A DNA stretch of 63,739 nt, the filler included, from Guillardia theta CCMP2712 (lineage: Eukaryota; Protista; Cryptophyta): the NCBI RefSeq assembly GCF_000315625.1. It is 9 parts of 9 records of this genome, joined end to end, with 100 filler letters (N's around TTAATTAATTAA, not from the genome) between each part and the next. Parts side by side here need not be neighbours in the genome. Positions count along the whole stretch, not along the records: positions 11,759 to 19,954 come from NW_005434459.1; positions 20,055 to 43,568 come from NW_005434623.1; 7 more parts are not named here. One strand, 5' to 3'. Below are positions 12,819 through 22,870 of this stretch, one piece after another. A program made the position numbers and the translations under genes. Below the pieces are notes generated by a model that did no database searches, was not told the origin of the DNA, and saw only the letters and a program-made list of their open reading frames with translations. The first letter of the stretch is position 1, and each line of letters begins with the position of its first letter.

Positions 12819-13458
12819 ATGGAGGGAGGGAACGGCGAACCGCCGCTCGATTCAGTCTTCATCTTTCCGAGGAGGAAGAAGAACCAGCCAAGGGAGAGGA
12901 CTGTAGTAACGCTCTCCCGCGCCGACGTCGTCAATCTCTTCCACCTGAAGCAAGAGCAGGCCGCCGAATCCTTGGTAAGTGCTGTCCGTTCCACTGTTCC
13001 TCTGCACCTGCCTACCTCGCTGATAGGACGTGCGCTTGCAGGGTGTCTCGTTGACTGCCTTCAGAAATGCTTGCCGGAAACTTGGGATAGCCCGCTGGCC
13101 CTACGAGAGATCAGGAGGAACTCCAGAGAGTTCTGAGGATGGGTCAGAGGTGGCGATGGAGGTCGATACAACCCCCTCCGGGGCCCATGCACCGGAGCAG
13201 GCAGACTCGCATGCTTTGGGTCACGCTCACAGTCAGATAGGAGAAGATTACTCGCACGTGCTTGTACATTCTGATGCCTATCAACAACAACCAGCGGCAG
13301 TGGGTACGAGTCAGCCGCTCACAGACTATGGGGGAGTAGGGTCGAGAATCAACCCGGGTTTGCTGGACCGACATTTCATCGAGTGGTATGTGAACCAGCG
13401 CGATGAAGACTTTGAGAAGAATCTAGCTGGAGAGGGGCCAGTCAAGGAGGGGCGATAA
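12819..13458 (+). CDS. RWP-RK domain transcription factor (RWP1); exons 12819-12974 and 13042-13458
   Basis: IFPRRKKNQ...LSRADVVNLFHLKQEQAAESL|GVSLTAFRNACRKLGIARWPYER; 67-nt GTAAGT..GCAG intron; C-terminal FIEWYVN. Confidence 0.92.
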
Positions 13459-13500
13459 CAGCTTGTCACCTGAGCTCGCTGCGGCGATCACTTGTTGTGG

Positions 13501-13575
13501 ACAACAACAACAATAATGTTAACAACAACAACAACAACAACATCAGCATCAGCGTCGTCGTCGTCGTCGTCGTCG

Positions 13576-13616
<41 letters not shown>

Positions 13617-13617
13617 G
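13501..13617. repeat. Compound microsatellite (AAC)n-(GTC)n-(ATC)n
   Basis: Directly visible. Confidence 0.95.
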
Positions 13618-13699
13618 AAGATGTGCTCACGGTGCAGGTTGTTAGATATCAGAAGCGACGAGACTCATGTGTTGTCCTAATGGATAGACGCATGATCAT

Positions 13700-14565
13700 T
13701 CAGTCTAGCTTTACCAAGGGGCTCTGGTCCAATACCCAGTATGCCCTCTTGTTTCCTCCATCCCACACGGTCTCGCGCAGTTTCAGTGTCAAGCTCGAAT
13801 GGTTTCCAAGAAGGTGCACAAGATGCGAAACAATCAGCAGGTTGTACGAGGTCCTTCTTTACAGCTCTTGGGATGAAATAGTCTTACTTGGACCAGCCAC
13901 TGTGGAGTTCGACAAGCTACTGGTCCTTTTTCGACGGATTTTATAACATTCAGATAAACGGGACTGTCAGGATTACCTCTACATGCTACAACTCCATTTG
14001 TCTAAGCGTTGGTCTCTCCCTTCCCTCTCTGCCTTCCCTTAATCCTTCATAAACGCCGCACGTGCCCAGCACAATCAACAACATTGGACGTGGGAGGACT
14101 TCATTCCAACATTGTTTGAGCGTGTATTCCCCGTCCCTCGTCAAACACACCGTCAGGGTTTGCTCTGTCTCCTCCGCCTCGACCCTCGGACCCATCCTCT
14201 CTCACCTACGATCGTGCTCGACACTTGCTGATCCTTCCGAAGGTGGTGTGCATATCCAGGCCGAGCACTCGATCTTCCATGGAAGATCCTTGATGTTGCT
14301 TCCCCTTGCGTCTTGATGTTGATTTTATTCCACGAAAAGTAATTCCTCGAAAAGTCAATGTCAAACATCGAGCTGCAAGGCAATGATGATCGAAGTCGAA
14401 ACAGATTGGAGGATGTACAAGTACTGTTGCTATTCCCTTCATCTCAAAGATCCGAGGTAGATATATGATACAAGATATCAGATGGAATTCCTTCAGGAGC
14501 CACGAAATGGAAATCTCAATCTCTCACGGGAGATCGAAAGAGTGTCGCCGGGCCGGACCAGCCAT
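13700..14565 (-). CDS. Possible multi-exon hypothetical gene
   Basis: Coding-like composition; plausible last exon ...LVHLLGNHSSLTLKLRETVWDGGNKRAYWVLDQSPLVKLD*. Structure not resolved. Confidence 0.3.
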
Positions 14566-14740
14566 AGCGCAGCATCGTACAGTCGATGCGAACAAGAGGC
14601 AGCAAGAGGCGACATGATCAGAAGACTTCTGAGGCCTCGACCCTAGCCGCTGCCCTCCGATCTCCCCGCATGATCCACAGGTGTTCGTGACTACCTCCTA
14701 CCCTATAGGGACACCCTCTGATAACCCCTACCACCCCCTC

Positions 14741-14880
14741 AAATACTACCCCTTATTTCTCCGATGACCAAATATCACCCCTTGTTTCTCGAATGAATAC
14801 CCCCTTCCCAGTGAAATACTACCCCTTATTTCTCCAATTACTACCCCCTACCCTGTCAAACACCACCCCTTATTTCTCCA
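14741..14880 (+). repeat. Four degenerate copies of AAATACTACCCCTTATTTCTCC with variable spacing
   Basis: Copies at ~14741, ~14770, ~14814 and ~14858 within a TACCCC-rich tract. Confidence 0.8.
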
Positions 14881-14985
14881 TTAACCACCCCCTACACCAT
14901 GTCACGCCCCCTCATGTCTCACGGTTCTCAACCCGACGTGCCAGAGCCTCATCCCCTCACTGACCATCCCTGCAAGCCCTCTACC

Positions 14986-15760
14986 GTAGTACTGCAAACA
15001 TAACTTAACTTTGATGAGTAAAAACCTTAGCGCGCCCTTTACTGCTGCTTACGTATAATCAGTCCCCGGCCTCCGAGGCTCCGCCCCCGGGCCATGGCCG
15101 GCACGTGACTGGACCCCGCAGTGCCGCCTTTAAGGCAGGCTTTCCGTGCCGTGCCGCCCGTGCGGCCGGGCGCCACCGATTGTACGGTCACGGGCCTGGC
15201 CCTTCAAGGCTTATAAAAATAATTGTCGGCAAGACTCCTTCTTTACTCCAAGTTAAGTTAAAGATCAGCCTACCGAGGACAACGAGTCATCATAGTATAG
15301 TCTGTCAGGCTGAGGAGACTCACTGTCAAGTCGAGGACTCCGGCTTCAGTGACTCGGACCCGCCCGCCGAAGGAACTTGGAATGAGACGCATACTACGGG
15401 CCGGGATGCTCTAAGTACTGAAGCCTCGTACTGATGATTTTAACTTAACTTTGAGTAAAACGATCAAAGTAAATGCATTAAACTGAGCGTTTGGCCTGTG
15501 CGACACTGTGTCAGGTTCAAGGCAAGCCTTGAAGCCTCCTGGACTCTCCTGTCCTCGTACTGATTTTTACATTAAATTTGAGTAAAGATCAAAGTTTTTA
15601 ACTCAGGTAACTTTGAGTCAACTGAGACTGTCCACTGAGCCGGGGCCACGGCCCGGCCCGGGCCGGCGGCGGCCGGGCGGCCGCTGAGGGCCCGGGGCCG
15701 GCCGGTCGGCCCGGACTCCGGGGATTCACCATGGCCGCTCACTCACTACAGTGAGGGCCC
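14986..15760. other. GC-rich intergenic island 3 with at least 4 copies of the AT-rich motif in both orientations
   Basis: Motif at 14986-15023 (-), 15242-15280 (+), 15424-15459 (-) and 15551-15586 (-). Confidence 0.8.
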
Positions 15761-15951
15761 TGACTCTCAGAAAGATTGACTTGGCGGTTGAAATGGCAAT
15801 CAGTAGCTGGTGCTGGTGCGATGTGAAGTCAGCCTTGCGACAGCGTAGGAGCCACTGACAGACAAGACAAGACAAGTCAGGACAGGACAGGACAGACAAG
15901 CCTCACAGGCCCGGATAGAACAGGGGAAGAGGGAGAGTCGATTGCTGAAGG

Positions 15952-18900
15952 ATGAAGTCCTTCATATTCCTCCTTTGCATACAGCTTGCGCGGTGCATCG
16001 TAAGGGAGGGGAACTTTCGAGCAGGTGAAGAGACGAAAGTCCTTGAACAGATACCAGATACCATGGTGAAAATGCAGCAGGTGCAATATCTTGGAGACAG
16101 GTTCAAGGAAACCTAGTTGAGCTGCGCTTGCAATCGGAATGGAGGTATTCGTCAAGTGAGGGGGAGAGGAGGGAGGGAGGGAGGGAGGGAGGGAGAGACA
16201 GGGACAGAGAGCGGGACAGAGACAGAGGGAGGGATAGGGTGGAGGCAAGGTCCAAGGGGAAGGGAGGGTGGGGAAGGTTGGGAGGGTGGGGCTGAATGTT
16301 GTTTTCCTTCAGACGGTCGTTCACGGGATACACTGGAGAATTTGCCCTCAACGATACGACCAAGGCTGTGGTGAAAATCATCCTCACCCCTCAAATGCAT
16401 CCCTCTGGCCTGATGCTGTGTGGTAGATTGGAGATGTGGTTGAGATCTCAGGGCAAGGTTGAACAAAATATCTTTGTTCTTGAATACACCTCCCTCCTGC
16501 TGTTCATGGAGTGATGGGCGTGTTTCTGTGTTCAGAGACCCCTTACATTTTCTGGGGCGACGGGACTTTCTCCATCATTCGCATGGTAGTGGACACGTAC
16601 TCGGCAGATGAGGACTGGTAGGAGCTGATAAGTGTTTGATGAAGCGGTGGAGAGGAGGAGGAGGAGGAGGAGGAGGAGGAGGAGGAGATGGGTAACAACC
16701 TTACAGGATAAGAGGCATGACGACCATCACTCACGAGTACGCTACTCCTCTCGACTCATCCTCCTCCTCCCCTTGGATTGTTAACTTCACCGGTTGCTGC
16801 CGAGACAACAGGTGAAGCGTTTTCACTGAGCGTGTTCCCCTCCTTGCTAACATGGGGCAAAGTACCGTGAACAACGTCGGGATAGCCTGGTCGATCCTTT
16901 CCCAAGTGGATGTGACAAGTTCAAAGGGATTTCCAGAACTCTCCTCTCCTCTCCTCGTCCCGTTGACGAGGACAACAACCGTCGCAGCTCCCGGTGTCTG
17001 CCTCATGCCATCGTCGTCTGGATCGACAGGGCCTTGTAACGTTATCAAGCTCTCGACGTCTTGCGGTCAGTTGGAGGAGCGTGGGGTCGTGGGTGACATT
17101 CATGGGTTTGAGTGCAGGTGTGGATTTCACTGCCAAGTTTTCTCTCAATGGGGACTGTCAAGGTGGGAAAGTTGTCTGAGAATTTTGTGAAATTGTTCTG
17201 ATGCATTCTTTCCTCCCCTCCCATCTTCTCTTCTCTCTCCTTTCCCACCCTCCCCTCTTCTCTCCCCTCTTCTCTCCCCTCTTCTCTCCCCTCTTCTCTC
17301 CCCTCTCTTCCACTCTCAATCTCCTTTCCTCTCACTCTCCTCTCCACTTCCGTCCCCTCCCTTCCCTGTTCCATCATGTACACTCAGGTGGAACAAGCTT
17401 CACCCAGCCTCGCTTGAACGTCCCAGCAACGTGAATCCCTCACATCACAGGGGACGCATTGATGCTAATGTTTCCCCAGCTGCGTTACGAGCTCGTCCAC
17501 CAACACATGGCTCAACCTGTTCCTGTACGTCTTCTCTGATGACATCGTGCGTGACCAAGTCATGACTTGACTACCGTGACACGCAGGGATGGAACTTTAC
17601 AGCTGACCTGCCAAGGGAGCTGCCCCACCTTCGGCCTCTACTCCTTCAAGTTTACCATCACCAACGCGGCGACCTCCCAGTACACGCAGGTGGGCCAAAT
17701 GGAGCGTTTTCGCTGACTTGCTGACCTGAGAATCTCTCAACAGGCTGAACTCTTGGTCAAGGTGAGAATGTGGCGACGACGCTGCCTTGTTGCGGCTTCT
17801 GAAATGACGCCTTTTGGTCTCCTCAGGTGCAGGAGAAGCAGTCGTGCCAGTCGATCGCTGCTGGAATCCTCTGCGTACCAGGTGAATGAGGAGAAACTGA
17901 ATCGAGAACGTAGGAGATAGCACGAGCAGGAGTAGATAGCACGAGCAGGAGTAGATAGCACGAGCAGGAGTAGATAGCACGAGCAGTAGTAGATAGCAGG
18001 AGCAGTAGTAGATAGCAGGGGCAGGAGTAGATAGCACGAGCAGGAGTAGATAGCAGGGGCAGGGGCAGGGGCAGGGGCAGGGGCAGGAGTAGATAGCAGG
18101 AGCAGGGGCAGGGCAGGCGATGAACACAGAAAGCATTCATCATCTTTTCCTGCTGATGATAATCATCATCAACAACAACAACATCAACAACAACAAAAGC
18201 ACCATCTGCATGATCAACATCATCATAATCATAATCATCTCCGTTATGATCATCATTATCATCATCTTGACTCTGTTCTCTTGACAGATGCTACTTTCTC
18301 TGGAACTCCTTCTCCGTCCTTCGTTCCCAACACTTTCCCTGGAGATGGTGGGAGGAGGAGGAGGAGGAGGAGGAGGAAGGCCGCGCTGGAATCTCTGCTG
18401 ACATGCCGTGAAGGTTTGCAATATGACCCGATTACACATGCCATCGTTCCAGGGTCGAACACGACTATCCCTGGTGAGAAGAAGGATGGTTGCGGGGGAG
18501 GGTTGGAAAGGAGGAACGAGAAGAGGAGTGAATGGGGGGCTGCAGGAGGAGGACAGAGGGGGAGAGGACGGAGAAGGGATAGGAGGAGGAGAAAGGGGAG
18601 GAAGAGAGAATTCTACTTTGATTCTAAGAGAAGAGCTGGCAGGTGCTGAAGGGAACATGATCGCGTACAGCGGCTATCCTGTCCAGTTCAGGTTTGTGAG
18701 GAATGAAGGAGATGGACATTGTTGATAAAATCATGATATGAGAAACGCTATCAGATGTTTCGTTGTACAATCATATCTAAATGTAAATGAGCTGCATACA
18801 CAACAAACTTGAGATGTAAACATTGCATAGTACATGATACACAACATGACGTAACGTGATGAAAGATAACATCGGGTCTTGTCAACAGCTTCAACATTAC

Positions 18901-19285
18901 GAACAACTGGTGTCAAGATCAGACAGGAGCTCTCTCAGATTCATGGCGGAACGCGACATGCTTGGTGAGGAGGAGAGGAGGGGAGTGTTCCTTGTAAGAA
19001 CATGACACAACGTCAGAGGTATGATGATGTTCTAGGATTCTGACTTCGGTGCCCAGCCTGCCATCACTGACATCAAGATTTCCGATTCGTCCGAGCAGGA
19101 GGTGAGAAGATACATGTGAAGGTTTGCAAGTTGAGAAGAACAGAGGAAAATTGATGAATATGATCATGATTATGATCATGAAGATGGTGGCGATTTCAAT
19201 GGAGATGATGATGAAAATGAAGGAGTAGGAGATGATGATGATGATGATGATGATGATAGAGATGATGAGAGACGAGTATGATTAC

Positions 19286-19326
<41 letters not shown>

Positions 19327-19650
19327 ACGTCAAGATGTAAATGAGAGAAAGTGTAATGCTTTTCATTTCACTCTCAGTCTCTCCTCGCTGCCCTCGGATA
19401 TCACAGGGTGGATGGGAACCTGAACGAAGGAACAAACGGGAAACAGGTGAGATGAGATGGTTGAGATGTGAAAAGAGGAAATTAGAAGCAGCAAGTCTTT
19501 TGATTCAGTCTTAAAGTGATGAAGACGAAGTCTAATAATTGTCATTGTCTTGTTACAATTACAACCTTTCAGCTTCTTATTCTTGTGATCTCTGCAGACG
19601 TTCTTGTGGTACAGGAAGAATTCAGGAGCAATGGAATACGACAAGGTCAA
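15952..19650 (+). CDS. Secreted/surface adhesin-like protein ('RxGxIxW...WGDG...H.Y...CCR' type), 3'-truncated
   Basis: MKSFIFLLCIQLARC (signal peptide) IVREGNFRA|GAISWRQV...|..PYIFWGDGTF..|..THEYATP...WIVNFTGCCR|..NNVG..FPELSSP..; many further short exons up to the scaffold end. Confidence 0.6.
17914..18110 (+). repeat. Intronic 19-bp minisatellite AGATAGCACGAGCAGGAGT (~8 units)
   Basis: Head-to-tail units decaying into (GCAGGG)n. Confidence 0.9.
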
Positions 19651-19954
19651 TTTTCTTTCTTTCTTTCATACACACATTCACACATCCTTGCATTCTTTTG
19701 TTCCTTTCTTTTCTTTCTTTGATGGTTTATTGGTTTGTTTGTTTTTTGTATTGAGATCTGTAGCAGCAAATTGCAAGTCAGAAGGGATTAAGAAGAGGAA
19801 TCGTTGAGATCAGAATTCAATCGAGGTGAGATAACAAGACCCCAGAAGTTCAGATGCTTTCCTGCCTAGAATTCTATCCTCTTGTCACTTCCGCCCCTCT
19901 CCTCTCCTCTCCTCTCCTCTCCTCTCCTCTCCTCTCCTCTCCTCTCCTCTCCTC

Positions 19955-20054
19955 NNNNNNNNNNNNNNNNNNNNNNNNNNNNNNNNNNNNNNNNNNNNTT
20001 AATTAATTAANNNNNNNNNNNNNNNNNNNNNNNNNNNNNNNNNNNNNNNNNNNN
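19955..20054. other. Artificial scaffold linker
   Basis: N44-TTAATTAATTAA-N44. Confidence 0.95.
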
Positions 20055-20320
20055 TTCTACCTTCTTCCTCCCCCTCCTTCCTCTTTCTCCTTTTTCCTCC
20101 TCCTCCTCCTCCTCCTCTTCCTCCTCCTCCCGCTCCTACTGCTCCTCCTCCCCTTCTCTTCGCTCTCCTTCTCCACATTTTCCTTTTCCTTCCTCTTCTT
20201 TCGCTTCCTCTTTCCTCCTCCTTTCTCTGCCTCCTCATCTTCGTCTCCCTCATGAAACACATCCTCTTTATGTTTTCCAATGCCTCCTTCTCCTCTGCTC
20301 CTCTGTTGCTCCTGTCACAG

Positions 20321-22686
20321 TTCTCTCCCTCTTCCTCCCACATCGCCTCATCAGAGTTTGTCGTCAGATCAAGAATTTTATCGGCTACCGTCATCCCATC
20401 ATCGGGGTCCACATACGACATGGCGACGCCTGCATTCATGGTCTGTCACTGATTTCTTTTTCTCTTGCTTCAAGATGAGCAAGCTTACCTTGGAGCAACA
20501 GGCTCCCTCTCCTCCTATCGCCCTCCGTGTAAACTCGTCCCGGAGTATTTCAAGCAGGCAAGAGGAGGGCGGGGAGGTCGAGGCTGAGAAATACAGGGAG
20601 GAGAGGATATGAGAGACAAGTAGGTAGGCAGTGCAGGCAGGGAGGCTGGGAGGGAGAGTGGGGAAGAAGGTAGACGGGAGAAGGGAGAAGGGGGAAGGGA
20701 GAGATCAAGGGGAGGGGTGGTAGAGAGTGACGGGAAGAAGGGAAAGGAGAGAAAAGACAAAAGGTTGGATAAAGAAAAAGAATCCATGGGAAGTAAATGG
20801 AGGGAACGGCAGGTCGAAGATGTCGCAAACAAGTATGGAGTGCATCGTGTCTATCTTGCTACAGATGATGAATCGGCTGTGCAGTATGTCCGGTAAGCAG
20901 TTGATGATGATGATGATGATGATGATGATGAGGATGAGTATGATGATGAGGATGAGGATGAGGATGAGGATGAGGATGAGGATGAGGATGAGGATGAGGA
21001 TGAGGATGAGGATGAGGATGAGGATGAGGATGAGGATGAGGATGAGGATGAGGATGATGATGATGATGAGGATGAGGATGAGGATGAGGATCAGGATGAA
21101 AATGTCAAGGATGCATATGATCATGACAATAATGGTACTAGTGTACATGGTGCCTACTTAGATGCACAAGATGAAATCGGAGACTCACACTCTCTCACTT
21201 GGATTGCAAATCAACTTGTTGTTCGCTTCTTATCTTCATCTGTGTTTCTCTCAGGGCCGTATATCGAGAGCTTGACATCATCCACATCCAGATTGATAGA
21301 AGAGGTATGATGTCCTCCTTGCTGCTTCTCTCGTCCCCCCCCCTCCTCTTGCCTCCCCTCCTTCTCCTTTCCCTCCTCTTCCATCTCCTTTTGCCTATCC
21401 GGTCTCTGTTTCTCCTCGTAAATTATCTCATATTCACTGTACCTCCTCTTTTGTTTGATGATTTTTGCTCCTCTCCTTTTGACTTTCCACTTTCTTCGTT
21501 GGGTCCCTTGAATGCGTCTTTGTCCTGTGCTGCTGCCATTCTCCTCGTCTCCTTCTGCCCCTTCTTTGCTCTTGTATCTCCTCCTTTCTTTCCCGTTCTT
21601 TCCTTCGTTCTTCTCAATTCTTCGACGTTGTCCTCCTGTGTTCTCCTCTTGTCTCTTCTTCTATCATTCTTACCGTTCTCTCTGTAGAGTTTCACAGCAA
21701 CTGGTTCATCGAGTATCGTATGAAAGCCTCGATGGAGTCCAACGACGCGAGCTTTCTTGATCTGCAGATGGTGAGAGAGGAGAGTAGAGGCAAGGAGAGG
21801 AGGGGAGAGGAGAGGAGGGGAGGGGAGGGGAGGGGAGAGGAGAGGAGAGGAGAGGAGAGGAGAGAGCATAGCTGAGCAGTCTAGAGGGGAGGGGACAGGA
21901 GGGAAGGGAGGGGTAGGAAGGGGAGAGAAGGGGGCAGTTAATTCTTTAGGACAAGCAGAGGAGGGTGGAGGAACTCGGAAGTGTTTCACATGCTTTTTCC
22001 TTTCAGGTTGCAGACTCAACAATCATCGATCTTGCTCTGCTGGCAGAGAGCGACTACTTGGTAAGTTAAGAGAGGAAGATGAAGGCTGGAGCGAGGGAAG
22101 AGGACCAATGGGAGAGGAGGGAGGAGGGAGGGGGAATGGGAGGAAATGGGCATGAGATGAAGAGATCAAGAATCTGAATGTTTTCATTGTTAGATCGGCG
22201 CTTTTTCATCTCATTTTTCTCGTCTCGTGCTTGAACTGAGTGTCAGCATGAAAGGATACGTTAGTCAACCCCTCCTCATCCACCACTTCTTCCTCCTCTT
22301 CCTCCTCCTCTTCCTCCTCCTTCTCCCTCCTCTCCCTCCTCCTTCCTCGTCCTCTCCTATGAAAGGTCACGTGGGTCAACTTCTCCTCCCCCCTCCCTCC
22401 TCTTTTGTTGTCTTGTTGTATCGCTCGTCCCCTCCTCGTCTGTCTTCTGCTTCCGTATCCTGCACTGTTCCTCACTCTCCTTCTGCCCCGCTCCCTCCTC
22501 TCGTCCCCTCTCCTGCCCTCTCTCCCTTCCTCGCTCTGTCCATTCTCTCCCCTTTCCTCTCTCCTCTTGTTTTCCTTTCATCTCCTTTCACTTCTCTCAC
22601 ATTCGTCTCAGGTCCCTCCCTATGTCTCTCTCGATTACGCCTACGGCATGCCAGGAATTTTCCCTCCTTACGCTCGACCCCAGTAG
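20321..22686 (+). CDS. GT23 / alpha-1,6-fucosyltransferase (FUT8/NodZ-like) family protein, 5'-partial
   Basis: Spliced motifs: GYRHPIIGVHIRHGDAC (motif I), HRVYLATDD (motif II), IIDLALLAESDYL|IGAFSSHFSRLVLEL (motif III), PPYVSLD..*. Confidence 0.85.
20902..21098. repeat. Intronic (GAT)n/(GAGGAT)n microsatellite
   Basis: Directly visible. Confidence 0.95.
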
Positions 22687-22870
22687 CTTTTATGTACAAA
22701 GATAAATTACCAGACAGCAAGCGGGAAAGGTTGTTCCACACTCATTCCTCCCTCCTCCATTACCACATGCTCCTCCGTATCCTCTCGCTCCGCTTCCTCC
22801 GCTTCCTCAACATCCGCCGCTTGCGCTTCCCTTTTTCCCGTCGCTCTTTTCTTCCTTGTCCTCAGACCCT

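Noticed and set aside
14741-14880. Repeat-spacer pattern resembling a CRISPR array
   Set aside because: Degenerate repeats, irregular spacers made of the same low-complexity words, no cas genes, eukaryotic context.
17914-18110. 19-bp repeats as an array or coding repeat
   Set aside because: Head-to-tail with no spacers, and it lies inside an intron.
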